Below, piece by piece: positions 27,338 through 41,377 of a stretch of DNA of 64,000 bases. The position numbers and the translations under genes were made by a program. The DNA comes from Octopus sinensis (lineage: Eukaryota). A model generated the notes under the pieces. That model saw only the letters and a program-made list of their open reading frames with translations, was not told the origin of the DNA and searched no databases. Positions within the stretch are counted from its first letter, which is position 1; each line of letters opens with the position of its first letter. The DNA lies in assembly GCF_006345805.1 (NCBI RefSeq), contig NC_043014.1, forward strand, positions 22,568,001-22,632,000, written 5' to 3'.

Positions 27338-28002
27338 TCCTCTTTTCTCTGCCCAGCCCCCCCTTCTTTTTCCTCATCATCACCCCCATCCTCCTTTTCC
27401 TTCTCCTCATCATAATTCTCTTTCTCTCTCTTTTACTCCATCATAATCTTCATTTCCATTTATTTTTTCTATTCACTTTCTGTTTCCTCTTCCTCACCAT
27501 TAACAGTCTTCACGGCTTTCTCTCTTTCCTTCTTTTCTTCCTATTTATTTACTTAGACATATCATCCTCCCGATACTCTGTAAGAAGTAAGTGATGGTTG
27601 GCCCAGTGTCCACACTAACATCTAAAAGGTCCATAGTCCAGTGAGTGGGGATGGTAATGCTTGTTGTTTCAGCTCTACCAATGATATATCACCACTAGTA
27701 TTGTCCTGTGGTTGTAGCAAATACGTTTAAGTGACAATGGCTCAGCCTATGCACCTGTAAATAAGTATAGTGAGTGTGTAAAGGTTAAGTTAGTTGGGTA
27801 CCACAGTAGAAAAGGATAGATTATTGTTGTCAACAGTGAGTAAAACTAATGAGTGTTACACTAGCTTGCAACCAATGTTTAGTTAAAAATCTTTTCGTGA
27901 CCAGCATTACTTTGAGAAACATAACCAGTTTAATAAGTCCTTTACAGATTTGCAGCTAGAAACTGGACAAAGAAGGGGTTAGTGATAGAAAGGGGATTGA
28001 AA

Positions 28003-28245
28003 GAGTCAGTAAGGAGGAGTCAATGTAAAAGTCAATCTGGGAGTCAGTATGGGAGATAATGTGAGAGTCTGCATTGGAGTCAATGTGAGATCAAATAAGG
28101 GATTCAATGAGGGTAAAACAATCAATAAGGGAGTCAATTTAGGAGGCAATGTAGAAATCTGTGTATGAGTCAACAAGAGTAAGGTAGTCAATGAGGGAGT
28201 CAATATGAAAATCATTGTGAGAGTTAGTGCAGAAGTCAATGAGGG
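28003..28245. repeat. Degenerate 12-bp minisatellite (GAGTCAATNNNN)
   Basis: gagtcaat-like motifs at ~12-bp spacing (28017, 28029, 28041, 28077...). Confidence 0.7.
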
Positions 28246-28916
28246 AACAGTTGTATCCTGGCCTCAATCTCTAACCCTTTAGTATTTAAACCAGCCTTAT
28301 CCAGCCTAAATATTCAACATGTTTTACGTCTCAACTGGCCAGATCTCACTTCTCACACACAATGTCATTCTAATATTAAACTATCAAATCATTGAAATTT
28401 CAAAGCCACAGGATAATACATAATTAATTCAAAATAATGTGAATAAATATTACATTTGACTGACAAATCTGTGTTAAAAAGCTAAATATGAAGGTATATC
28501 CTAATTGGGTAACTCTGAGAGTTGATTTAAAGTAACAGGTATGATCATTAGATGAAAAAATAAGAAAAGGAAGAGAAGGGAGATGAAGAAAAGTGAGAAG
28601 AGGAGATTAAAATAAGAGGCAGCAGAATGGAAAGATGAAAAGATGGGGGTCAGAAGAAAGAGCCATCTTAATCATCATCATCATCATCACCATCATTAGC
28701 TGATGATGATGAAAGGATAGCTGGATGGGTAAATGGAGAAAAGAAGTCATTTCACTGTGGTAATGAATGGATAGGTGAAGTGAGTTTGGTTATTCTTTTG
28801 GAGATGTATTTATTGCCAGGTGAAGAGCAAACACTAACATATAACAACATATATTGGTGAAGTTATAGACTAGTTTTTATGTGTGTGTGTGTGTGTGTGT
28901 GTTTGAATATATTTGT

Positions 28917-29482
28917 ACAAGTGCTAATAAAAATATATCAGGACTGTTGCTATTTTAATGGAGCTAAAGTATGCAGAGGGAAGCTGCTCGGCACAGACTA
29001 ACCTTGAACTCTGTCATGCATGAACACTAAGTTATAATGTTCTTGCTCATTTCCATTGTTTATAACAATGCTTGGAAGTCAAGTATGTTGAGTGTGGTCG
29101 TCTTGAAAAGAAGATCAGGTTTCAACTGCATGGGATTTTCTTGACTGTGCTGAAGAGGAGGCAAAGTTTTTGGAAACAGTCATAATAGGAAATGAATTGA
29201 GGGTCTATGGCTATGACCCCAAAATCAAGGTTCAGTTTTTGCTGTGGAAAGCCCCACTAACATGATTTCAAAATGTCAAGGAAATCCAAGAGAATGTGAC
29301 AAGGCAGCTGCTAGCTGTCCCCCAAAAGGAGTTCCAGGAATATTTTCATCAATGAAAATGATGCTGGATAAAGTGTGTGGCTTCAGAAGAGGATTCTTTG
29401 AAATAGATTAAATGCCGAATTGATCCGTGTTGAAGTTTCCTTTTTGTTACACCAGTCCTGATACTTTTTCATCAGATCTCAT
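28917..29482 (+). mobile_element. Non-autonomous mariner derivative
   Basis: Inverted ends aaaatatatcaggactg / cagtcctgatactttt; internal decayed GDExWVYGYDP-like segment (~29185-29225). Confidence 0.65.
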
Positions 29483-29635
29483 ATGTGTGTGTATGCCAGA
29501 TGTGCATGGGTGTTCAGATATGTGTGTACATTTGTGCGCGTGTGTGTGTGTGTGTGTACATTTACACATTTGAACGACCATTTATGTGTGTATGTCTGTG
29601 TGTCTGTTTGCAGATGTTCCCTGTATGCATACAGA

Positions 29636-29668
<33 letters not shown>

Positions 29669-30280
29669 GTGTACAGATATTCAAACTGAAGCTGGTATGA
29701 TGATATTACTGCATATGTTGTTATTGGAAGTTGATATTGTTTTTTCAGATGGGAAGCTCTTGTCAGTTTCATCCAGTTTCATTCCTGTTTTGGCCTGACA
29801 CATAGGATGTTCCTACTTAACCCTAGGCTGGTCCCCATTCAGTATACCTAAGATCAAAAGTCTATTAACCATGACCACCCTTTCTTTATTTTGATTTTAG
29901 GGAGACTTAGCTCTTATTTCTAAAGGGGATCTGGGATGTAGTTTGAATTTTTCAAACTTTTGACACCAAACATGTCTAAGAGACTGTCTGTCATTTGGTT
30001 CCTGTTATACAAAACTGTTTTATATTTCTTTTAAATCTGGTTCATCAATAATTTAAATGCAAGAATCTTTTAACAGAATCTTAATTCTCAGTGTTTGATC
30101 TCCTTTCCTGGCAATATATCATTATTACTCATAAATGATATCCACAGTACAATGTCCAATTTGCTGTTATTAGACGTCTCTGAATGAGTCTTGGAACAGC
30201 TCATGTAAAGCAGCAGCAGTAGCAGTAGCAACAGCAACAACAACAAGTTCCACATACATACATACATACATACATACATA

Positions 30281-30749
30281 CAGGGCTATTCAAAAAGAAC
30301 GAACCGATTTCATTACACAATATTTTAATAAGAAAAAGCAATAGAAAACTCCAGCTAAGTCACAAGTATTTACTCACAATCAACTTTTATTTCCTGTCTT
30401 ATAAGTGTTCAATACGGCCACCACCTGCAGCATGGGTAACATCAATGCGATAAGAGAATTCCTCCCAGACGCGTATCAGCATATCACAATCCACTGAGTT
30501 GATCACTGTTGTTATTCAATGTTTAAGCTCATCAAGGTTAGTGGATTGCAGTGGAACATAAATGCAATCCACTAACCTTGATGAGCTTAAACATTGAATA
30601 ACAACAGTGATCAACTCAGTGGATTGTGATATGCTGATATGCTTCTGGGAGGAATTCTCTTATCACATTGATATTACCCGTGCTGCAGGGAGTGGCCACA
30701 TTAAATACTTGTAAGATATGAAATAAAAGTTGATTGTGAGTAAATACTT
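30281..30749. mobile_element. Fold-back element made of two inverted copies of a Tc1/mariner transposase 3' end; right end truncated by RTE
   Basis: Arms ~30364-30549 / 30564-30749; + arm reads TNLDELKH*ITTVINSVDCDML..WEEFSYHIDITRAAGSGHIKYL*; left end cagggctattcaaaaagaac after TA. Confidence 0.8.
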
Positions 30750-33142
30750 GGTCACCTAGGTAGCGGAGGCTATCAACTACTTCTAGTTTGTCTCCCTGGA
30801 ACGTGGTAGAAGTTGGTCTCTGCACATTTCCAGTGTTTATTGCTCCTGAGCATCTGCCACAGACAAAAACTATTTTCCTAGTTAGCCTTCCTTTGACATT
30901 GCTGCACCTCTTATGTGTCCATAGCTTACACTTGGTGCACCTTATAGAGTTTCTACCTACACCTTTTTTTACAGATCGAGCGGGGCCATCTACCTGAAGT
31001 CGTTTGTGATTGGTCTACCTTCCTAATTATTAGGACTTTGGTTTTGACTAGGTTGATTCTAAGGCCCTTCGATTCTAATCCTTGTTTCCACACCTGAAAC
31101 TTCTCCTCCAGTTCTGATAGTGACTCAGCAATTAGAGCACGGTCATCAGCATAGAAGAGCTCCCAGGGGCATCCTGTCTTGAATTCCTCTGTTATTGCCT
31201 GGAGGACTATGATAAATAGGAGGGGACTGAGGACTGAACCTTGGTGGACCCCCAACCTCTACCCGGAATTCTTCACTGTACTCGTTGCCAACCCTCACCT
31301 TACTAGCAGCGTCTCTGTACATGGCTCGCACAGCTCTCACTAACCATTCATCTATCCCTAGTTTCCTCATTGACCACCAGATAAGGGATCGGGGGACCCT
31401 GTCAAAGGCTTTCTCCATGTCAACAAAAGCCAGGTTCAGGGGCTTATCTTTGGCTAGGTATTTCTCCTGCAGCTGTCTTACCAGGAAAATAGCATCAGTA
31501 GTACTTTTCCCTGGCACGAACCCAAATTGCATCTTATCTAAGCTAACTCTCTCTCTAATTAATTGGGCTATAACCCTCTCCGTAACCTTCATTATCTGAT
31601 CCAGCAGCTTGATACCCCTGTAGTTATTTGTATCTAGGGCGTCACCTTTACCTTTGTAGCAGTTGACTATTATGCTGCTACACCAGTCATTGGGTATGAC
31701 TCCTTCGTGTATCACCTGGTTAACTATACGGGTGACTAGGCTATAGCCGACACTACCAGATATTTTGAGCATCTCTGCAGTAATTCCTGATGGGCCTGGG
31801 GCTTTCCCTGTTTTCATGCTTGTAATTGCCTTAACTACTAAGGAACTGTTAACTCGGATTGCTGGTCCCTCTGTTGGGTCGACATTCAGCAGACTCTCTT
31901 TATCCCATTTATTTTCTTCATTCAGCAACCTTTCATAGTGGCGTCTCCAAGCCTCTCTCTTTGCATCCTCATTTAGCGCAAGTGAACCGTCATCCTTGCA
32001 AACACATTTCTCTCCTACCACGTCACGATTCTCTCTCACACACTGTCTTGCAACATGAAATACCTCAAGTCTTTCATCCTCACGGCGCAGAACATTGTCA
32101 AATTTTTTCTTATCTGCTTCCCCTCTGGCTAGATAGACCTGTCTCCTAGCTTCCCTTCTGGCAGTCTGATACACTTCCCTGCTATCACCGTTCTTCCAGT
32201 CCTTCCAAGCCTGTTTCTTTTGTCTAATAGCCCTGTCAACAATATTGTTCCACCACCACGTTATTTTGGGTCTTAAGGGGACTTTGCACCAGCCACAGAT
32301 CTGGTCAGTGGCTTTCAGCAGGTTGTCCCTCAGAAGCGTCCAGTTGTCTTCTACCCCATGTGTAGCTATACCCCCTTCCATTTCGTCAAAGGCTTCAAGT
32401 AACATGTCTCTAAATCTCTGTCCATTCACAGGGTCTTTAAGCTTCCAGACCTTTCTTCTCCATGTTGGTCGTCTTCTAGTCGTCCTCTTAGTCCTGATCC
32501 TAAAGTCACTAACTACCAGTCTATGTTGTGGGGTGCATTCTTCGCCTGGGAAGGTTTTGGCATTTATAAGCAGCCATCTTTCCCTTTTTCTGGCAAGGAT
32601 GTAGTCGATTTGGCTAGTATGCCGGCCTGATCAGTAGGTGACCAGGTGGCTTGTCGGTTTCCTGAAGTTAGTGTTGCAAACCATAAGACTATTCGCATCG
32701 CAGAACTCCAGCAGCCTGGTTCCCTCCTCGTTGCAGGAACCATAACCGTAGCCTCCATGTACGCCATGGAAGACCCCAGCATGTCGTCCAATATGCCCAT
32801 TGAAGTCACCAGCCACAAAGAGAAGGTCCCTGTCGTTCGTCAATGAGGTGGTCTGCAGTAGGGTGTCATAGAAACTGTCTTTCTGTCCATCGGGTAGCCC
32901 TGGCTGAGGGGCATAGGCCGATATAATGGTTGCTAATCAATGATGAAGCACTATTCTAATCTTAAGTATTCTGTCACATACTCTGATTACCTCAATTACT
33001 TTATCTACCCATTTCTCAGCGATAAGTATACCCACGCCACCAACCCCGTCAGTATTCCCTGCCCAGAAAATCTTGTACCTGTGTTCCTTGCCTGTGAGGA
33101 ACCTAGCAGATCCTCCTCTCCACCTTATTTCTTGCATGCAAC
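30750..33142 (-). mobile_element. RTE-clade LINE (APE + RT), truncated at both ends
   Basis: QEIRWRG, VAGDFNGH, NYRGIKLL, FVDMEKAFDRV, GVHQGSVLSPLLF, YADD. Confidence 0.95.
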
Positions 33143-33621
33143 ATATTCCTCGTTAGATGGGACACTGGTATGTTGCAGGATTACTATTGCCAGCTGAGTG
33201 GACTGGAGTAACCAAGAACACAACATAGTACCCAGTCACTGAATCAAAACCACAATCTTATGATCAGAAGTGTAACACTCTGACCACTAAGCCATGCACT
33301 TCTACTCACACACACACACACACACACATACAGGTTTGTTTACATGGAGGTGTATGCATGTATGCATGTAAGTGTGTTTGTGTGTACCGTTGTCTTGATG
33401 TCATGGTTGTAAAAGAACCTCACCATCATACTAACAATGTTGTTCGTTTCTAGTCTTCAATGAAAAATATGTCTGGCCATAGGGAAATGTTACTTTGCTC
33501 GGAAACAGCTGAGAGTTGGTGACAGGAAGGTCTGCCTCAACAAATTCTATTTGGTACATGCAACCATGGAAAAGTGGATGTTAAATGATGATATATATAC
33601 AAATATACAAATATATATATT

Positions 33622-34483
33622 TATGAGGTGTAGTTAAAATGTATCTGACCTTGACTTTTTTGCACAAAATAATAATGCAGGAGCAAAATCTGCATGTCTT
33701 TCTTGAGCATGCGCAAAAATTTTTGTGTCTGTAGGTTGCACCATTCATCCACAGTGATGCTTTGAGTACAGATGTGAAGAGTGTGCTGTGTGATTTTTCT
33801 TTTTGAGTCAATGTGATCGAGTGCATTGAGCAAAGCTACTGTATCAAATTCTGCCTAAAACTTGGTGATATGCAAGCCCTGATTATCGAGAAGATTCAGA
33901 AGGCCTTTGGAGATGATGTTATGGGAAAAACACAAATAAAGGAGTGGTACAACTAGTTCAAAGATGGCTGCACCTCAGTGGACAGTGAGCCATGTTGTGT
34001 CCAGACAGTTAACAAAGAATACTACCTGGGGGTCCTTCGTCACCTTCATGAAGCTGTGGCAAAAATGACCTGACTTGTGGGAAACAAAGAACTGGAAGCT
34101 CTACCATGACAATGTACCTGCTCATTCCGCCCATGTTGTCCAAGCATTCCTCGTCAAACAAAACATACCACTTGTTTGTCAGGCTTCCTACTCCTCAGAC
34201 TTGGCTTCGTGTGACTTTTAGCTATTCCTAAATCTCAAAAAACACTCAAAGGGAGAAGATTTGAGTTAACAGGGGACATTAAGCAAAAGTCAATGGTACA
34301 GCTCTACAGCATTCCAAACAGTGACTTCCAGAAATATTTCCAGCAGTGGCAGGAAAACTAGCAGTTTACTAGTGTAAATTCCCAAGGTGAATACTTTGAA
34401 GGAGACTAAATCAAAATGGTGAGTTTTTTTAATATTATTTGTTTTTTGGCCAAAGGTTGGATACTTTTTGACTATACTTTGTA
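33622..34483 (+). mobile_element. Internally deleted mariner
   Basis: TA-flanked TIRs tgaggtgtagttaaaatgtatc / gatactttttgactatactttg; CIKFCLKLG, LYHDNVPAH, YSSDLASCDF. Confidence 0.85.
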
Positions 34484-34487
34484 TATG

Positions 34488-34518
<31 letters not shown>

Positions 34519-36019
34519 GAACACACACACACACATGCACACAAATGTAAGTACAAGAACAGGGAGAGAGGAAATGACAGCTGACATTATTGATAGACAA
34601 AGAGTGAGGTGGAGAAAGAGACAGTAATACCCAGAGAGAAGGAGTTACAAGTGACTTAATTCAATTTCTTAGTCCATAAATACTTGTGTATGTCCATGTG
34701 AATATTTAGTGCAACTTGGATTATGTATAATGATAATCATCACAGCCAATATAATTAAAAATACTAAAGTTTTACATCAGAATATTATTTTCCCTTCTGG
34801 TTTTAATAAATTTTTCCATTTAAAGTGATTGACCTGTGAACCTACAAACATTGCTGACTAATTGCTATTACAGATTATTTAATTAAAAATATACGCATAT
34901 CAAGGAATATAAACCATCTGAATGGATAATTAAACTTTTCTACATTTCTTATTGTAATTTTTTGTGACAAGAGAATTTGTCAGCAGACATTGTTCAATGT
35001 CTGCTGACACTTATTAACCCACTCATAAAAGTTAATGACCAGCATGTCTCCGCACCAAATGTACTTTGTGACACTGTTTTATTTTTCATCTTGTAGTTTT
35101 TTAGATCCAGGTCAATCCTGATCCATCAAATCTAGGATTGTACTCCACTTGCAGCAGTTATTCTGACTGTTTAATACTTTAGCATTTAAACTGGCCACAT
35201 TTGCCCCAAATATTCTACTTGTTTTATGTTCAAACTGGCCATATCTGACCTCTCACATATATCCTACCATGTCATTCTAAAAATAAATAATCACATCATT
35301 GAAATCTCAAAGCTATGAGATAATGCATGATTAATTCAAACCAATGTGAGTAAATAAGCATTATATTTAAACAAAGTAATCTGGATGCTAAAGGGTTAAC
35401 CCTAGGTCTAGTCCCCTACAAATAAACCTATAATCAAATATGCTCCAATTGTGCCATTCCATCTTTTCTTATTACATCAAAGATTTCACTATGGAATACT
35501 CCACTCACACTCTAGGTGTGATTGGAGGGAGATTTGATTGCTATTTTTATCACTCAGTCAAGTGACAATGTAAAGGTTCACTTGCTGACTTGGCTACATT
35601 TCATTTGCTAATAGTAAGATGTTCTTAAAACCCATACTAGTTAATTCAAACAATTAAGGATTGAGAGATTAGGGTCCTATACTTCTGTCAACTACATAAA
35701 GTGTCAAAAAATGTTACCAATAGAAAATGTAGCTGTTATTGCAGCTGTTTAGCTACAGGTCAGACTTGATCAGGCAGGCTTGTCATAAAAGGAATTCCAC
35801 TCATTGATCATCCATCTGTTATTAAGGAACAATATCTCAAGCATTAAATTATTCAATGTATCCTTTCTTTTGTAAGATGGTAATGTGGGATTTGTATGGG
35901 ATTTAGATCTATTTCAAAGCAGGTACAGTAATCACATAGAGAGGTTCTTTTATAAGCTTACATGCACGCACACACACGCACACACACACACACAAAGTTT
36001 GACAGTTTGCATAAAAGGA

Positions 36020-36805
36020 AAAGAAAACAATATTTCATCCAAAAATAAAAGTATTTTAAAATATCAAAAAATATCAACATCATATATTATGGCTGGGAGA
36101 TAACAGTTTACTCAAAATAGCCACCCTCAGCTTCCACCACAGCCTCAAGACAGCTCCAGAACCTGGTGCATGCATTTCTCATTGTGTCCATTGGAAGATC
36201 TTCGAATACCTTCTTGATTTTGGCCACCAGTGCCACCATGGTGTTGTGGGCCGAGCAGTTGGTGTCTATCTCAACTGTGCCACACATGGTAATCCATGAG
36301 ATTAGAGTCAGGGGAATTAGGAGGCCAGAAACTGGTGCTGGGTGAGTTGCAGAAATTCTCCAAAAACCACTTCTGATACTTTCTGAAAGTATAGCAAGGA
36401 GCCAAATCCTGCTGCCATATATATGGCGGCAACCGTCTCCAGCTAGGGTCTGACCACAGTCTCTGCATCTTTACATAATTGCCTGAATTGAGCTTAAGAG
36501 TCTGTCCAAAGATGTGCAGATGCAGCTAGACTGCCTGCAAGCCATGGCTTCATAATCTCCATTGCAGCTATCCATGTCATCTTTACAGTGTTTGCAAAGC
36601 ACTGAGCAGCCATGATGTCAGCATTTTGATACGCAGTATGAATCCTCATGATACAAGTAAATCTTTCCCAATATTCAGATGGCTTCCAGTCCTCCATGTC
36701 AGTTAATGTTTTCTCAACTACAACTTTAATCATTATGATCTATTCAGCAATCTATCAAGCTGTTCCTGAAAACGAAGAGAGACATATTTAACCCAAACAT
36801 CTTGT
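36020..36805 (-). mobile_element. Degenerate Tc1/mariner (maT-like) element
   Basis: WQQDLAPCY..FWPPNSPDSNLMDYHVW (ORF 36271-36468). Confidence 0.75.
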
Positions 36806-37146
36806 ATATATACATACATAAATACACACACACACATAATGTATGTACAAACACACAGGCACATATACATGTGTATGTACACACACACACACACACATAT
36901 GTATGTACACACACACAGGCACATATACATATGCATGTACAGAGAGACACACACACACACCACTGTAAACTGTCATTTTAAAATTGCCTAATCAGCTTTA
37001 AATAATTATTTGCTGAGCGGACCTTGAACCTAACAATGGACTGGGATGTTTGGTGATATGTGGTTCTTGAGAAGACTCACCCAACTCAACGAAAGTAAGT
37101 TCTGAATGTGCTGTGTATGTGTACTAAGTGCAAAACTAGGTTTTGC

Positions 37147-37700
37147 CTAATTTTCTCCACCATTCATCTCAACGATTACAAAGGTGATTTTCTGAGCAAG
37201 ACTTCTCCAAGTTCCTCTCCACCTGGTAGTCTTGACCAAACTGGACACCAAGAAACTTAACAGGATCATCTCTCCAACACCCCACCACACTTTTCGAGGA
37301 TGTAGACTTACCTCTCCAGGTGCTGGGCTTGAGCCCACCATCTTGTCCTGCTTAACTTTTGCTCCTGTCAAAGACTCATATTTCTTTAGAATGGTACCAA
37401 CCACCTTGATTTCCATTTAGTTTGACACCATTACTATGACTTCTGCATATGCCAATACACCCAAGTTCACAATGCCCCTCAATAACTCCAATTTCCATAA
37501 TAGTGGTTCAAGAATCAGTATATAGAAGAGATGACAGAAGACACTTTTGATGAATGCCTGTTCTGATAGGTGGCCATTTGCTCTCACCACCAAGCCGATG
37601 CCACTGTGCAGTGAAGTGATTTAGCCTCTGAAGATGAGACTGACTACCCAAGAACACTTCCAGATGCCAGAAGAAATCCAACTACTTTTCCCCTATTGGA
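37147..37700 (-). pseudogene. Degenerate L1/Tx1 RT fragment
   Basis: KYESLTGAKVKQDK similar to RYEAVAGAKVNRDK of ORF 44538-46502. Confidence 0.65.
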
Positions 37701-39699
37701 GCATAGAAGGTCAATAGTCTGAGAGCATCAACTTTGTTGCTGCTCACATCTATCTAGGATCATCAACTTACCATCTGGATCCGGGGTAGTTTGGGGGTTG
37801 GTGATAATCTTGATATCTTTTACTTGTTTCAGTCGTTAGATTGCAATCATGCTGGGGCACTGCCTCAAAGAATTTTTAGTCATATGAATCAACTCCTGCA
37901 CTTATTTTTTGCTAAGCCTGGTACTTATTCTATTAGTTACTTTTGCCAAGCTGCTAAGTTGGATGTAAACACACAAACATCAGTTGTCAAGTGGTGGTGA
38001 GGGACAAACATAGATATGAAGACATACACACATACATGCATCCCCCCACCACATGTATATACATATATTTACCAAGGTCATCTTTCAGTTTCTATCCACC
38101 AAATCCACTTACATGGTTATGGTCAGCCCAAGGCTATAGTAGAAAACACTTGCTCAAGGTGCCACATAGTGGGACTGAACCCAGAACCATGTGGTTAAGA
38201 AGCAAGTGTCTTACCATGCAGCTTGCACCTAGGTCTAAATCTTTCCAAAGCAACACTGTTGCTAATCCTTCTGATCCAGACTAGCTAAAAGATGGATGCT
38301 AGTGTGTGAGAATCAGAAATCTTAGTTTTGCTGTCTGCTACCACACCTGTGACTTGAGATCAAGATAACATTAAGTCATGTACATGTATGCCACCTATTC
38401 TGAATAAAGCTCTGTTGGCTGGAAAGGTGAAAGTTAGAAAGTTTACTTATCCAATTCCTGTGGAGGACAGGTGATCAAACTTTCCAGTTAGATGTAGGTG
38501 TTCCCTCAAGCAACACTTTGTAGAGTCTTTCATTCACTCTTCCTCTTAAAACTGCTATGTCTTTGGAGAATTGTTTTGAGACTGCTAGAGATCTCTTGAG
38601 TAGTTTCTGTGAAGTGTTTATGGGGTGGTATATTGCACCATTGTGTTATGATGGACTTCTGTGTCTATTGATGGTACTGTTGTGGTTTAAATAGCAACAA
38701 CAAGAATCCTTTCTGTTATAGGCACAAAGCCTAAAAGTTTGGAGGGATGGGGCTTGTTGATTACATCAATCCCAGTATTTGACTGGTACTTATTTCATTG
38801 ACCCCAAAAGAATGAAAGGCAAAGTCGACCTTGGTGATATTTGAACTAGGAATGTAAAGACTGACGGCATGCTGCTAAACATTTTGTCTAGTGCACTAAT
38901 GATTCTGCCAGCTTGTCACCTTAACAACAGACACAACAACAAAAACAACAATAATCCTTTCTACTAAAGACACAAGGCCTAAAATTTTGGGGGAGGGGAC
39001 TGGTCGATTACATCGACTCCAGTGTTTCACTGGTACTTAATTTATCAACTCTAAAAGGATGAAAGGCAAAGCTGACCTCAACAGAATTTGAACTCAGAAC
39101 ATAGCAACAGGCGAAATCCTGCTAAGTATTTCATCCAGCATGCTAATGATTCTGCCAGCTTGCTGCTTTAACAACAGCAACAATAATAACAACAATAATA
39201 ATGGTTTCAAATTTTGGGCACAAAGCCAACAATTTCAGGGAGGAGTTAAGTCAATTACATCGACCCCAGGGCTTAACTGCTACTTATTTCATTGACTCTC
39301 TAAAAGGATGAAAGGCAAAGTCAACCTCGGTGGAATTTGAACTCAGAACATGAACACATGAAATGCTGCTAATCCTTTTTCCTGGTGTGCTGACAATCCT
39401 GCCATCTCACCACTTCAATAATATAATAATATAGTTAGTTAGTTCTCTCTGTGTCATGAGGCACAAAAGGTCGCAATACAGTTTCTCTGACCAGCTCTGT
39501 TTTCTACAATTGTTCTTGTGTCATTCCAGTTTCTCCACCCTTTTATCTTTTTTCCATGTCAATGGTCCTTCACCATGTGGTTTTAGGACATCCTGCTGCT
39601 CTTTATCTCCCAAGCTGCCACTTAGTTGCTACCATACAATTGCCTTCTTGAGCTTGTCTGAGGACCTACCTGACCCAATTCCAGCAACTTAATCTTATT

Positions 39700-40200
39700 T
39701 CATCACTGATCCTGTTGATGCCCATTTTCATCTCAATTGTGTAATTTCAGACTCTTTGCAACCACTTGGTGTTGAGTATTCTCCTTAAGCATGTGAATTG
39801 GAAGCTGTCCATCGTTTTTTCTTCCATTTTTGTCACTTTCCAGTTTTCATATCCGTAGAGTAATACTGGCCAGACCAATGTCTTGAACAGCATCAGCTTC
39901 ATTTTGCTGCCTATACCTTTGCTGCTCCATACCTTTGTTAGATTGTAGAATGCTCTCCAGGCTTCGGATATCCTGTTCTTTATATTTGCCATTCCCCCTC
40001 CATCATTCTTTTTGATATCACTGATTCTCACACAAGCTTGTTGTTTGGCATTAATCCTTAGTGTTTTACATTTTTCTGTGTCTTGCTCTGGATACGTCCG
40101 TAGGTGGATGATAGCAAATCTACATCATCCACAAATTGAGATCTTCCATCTAATGCCATTCCTATGCCTTTCTGTTGTTCTTCACATGACCTAGTCTATC
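39700..40200 (-). pseudogene. RTE-clade LINE fragment
   Basis: IKNRISEAWRAF..LFKTLVWPVLLYGYENW..CLRRIL. Confidence 0.8.
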
Positions 40201-40874
40201 ACCATGAGAAACAGGAAGCTTGACATAACATATCACTTGACTTCAGTTGAGACTATTTCAAGGTCCCTGAAATAGAGGTCTCAAAAATGCGGCAGCTAAG
40301 AACAACAACTGTACCTGTAATCATTGGAGCTTTTGGAGCAATACCAAATGGTACTCTTGAAAACTATGGTCAAATATCAGATAATGTGTTGTCCACATCC
40401 TAAGAAAGACATTGTTAACTTGAAAATAGCCGAGTCTCTTAAAAGTATTCCAAAACTGAAATATTAGAAATTTAAAAGAATCTTAGTTCTCATATTCTTG
40501 TCTCCTTCCCTTATCATTATTACACATATGCAATATCCTCAGTACAATGTTCATCTTTCTATTACAATAGGTCTTTGGGTGAGACTTGGAACAATTCATA
40601 TAAAATAAAGCAACAACAATGTAAATAGATAAATAAATAAATAAATAATCACAATAATAATCCTTTCTACTAAAGGTACAAGGCCTGAAATATGTGGGGA
40701 GGGGACTAGTTGATTACATCAACCCCAGTGTTTCAACCCTGAAAGGATGGAAGGCAAAATCAACCTCAGCAGAAATTGGACACAGAATGTAGCAATGTGT
40801 GAAATACTGCTACCTTAATGATAATGATGATGATCCTTTCGACTACAGACACAAAACCCTGAAATTTTGCAGCC

Positions 40875-41168
40875 AGCTGTTCCTGCAGGGATAAAAATTT
40901 GTGCCTGCTAAATGGAGCTTGCATGTCCGAGATAATCATTTATAAAGCCACCATAGACTCTACAACCATTAATGGCACAGTTTCGACAAAGAAATATGTG
41001 GGCCTTACTGAGGGGAATTTCAAGGCCAGGTTCAATAATCACACCTTGAGCTTCAGGCACTGGGATAAAAGGAAAACGACCAAATTATCCAGTTACATAT
41101 GGTCCTTAAAAGATAAAGGTGTCAGTTACAACATCCATTGGAAGATCTTAGACAAGTTTAAGCCCTAA
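40875..41168 (+). pseudogene. Penelope-like GIY-YIG endonuclease fragment
   Basis: CSCRDKNLCLLNGAC..IIYKATI..YVGLTEGNFKARFNNH..SF..TKLSSYIWSLK. Confidence 0.88.
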
Positions 41169-41198
41169 TAATAATAAAAACGTATATATTAGGTAGAA

Positions 41199-41302
41199 TA
41201 ACAACACGTGTTTCGTGGCTATATTTAAGAAATGATTATAGTAAAAAAATTAATAGTAGTAGTAAAATCACTTCGATATAGATATAGCCACTCATCAGGT
41301 TA
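41199..41302 (-). ncRNA. Hammerhead ribozyme with ~77-nt stem II domain
   Basis: taac-CTGATGA-gtggctatat...atatagccac-GAAA-cacgtg-TT-gtta; 10-bp base of helix II plus gaagtgatt/aatcatttc; palindromic helix III; GUU site. Confidence 0.75.
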
Positions 41303-41377
41303 AAAATAAGCTAGAATAATAAAATAATTAATTAATAAATTAATAAATAAATATACTTTAAAATATATATATATACT

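Noticed and set aside
27195-27446. Poly-Leu ORF resembling a signal peptide or membrane protein
   Set aside because: (CTG)n/(CTA)n microsatellite with a non-ATG start and no domain evidence.
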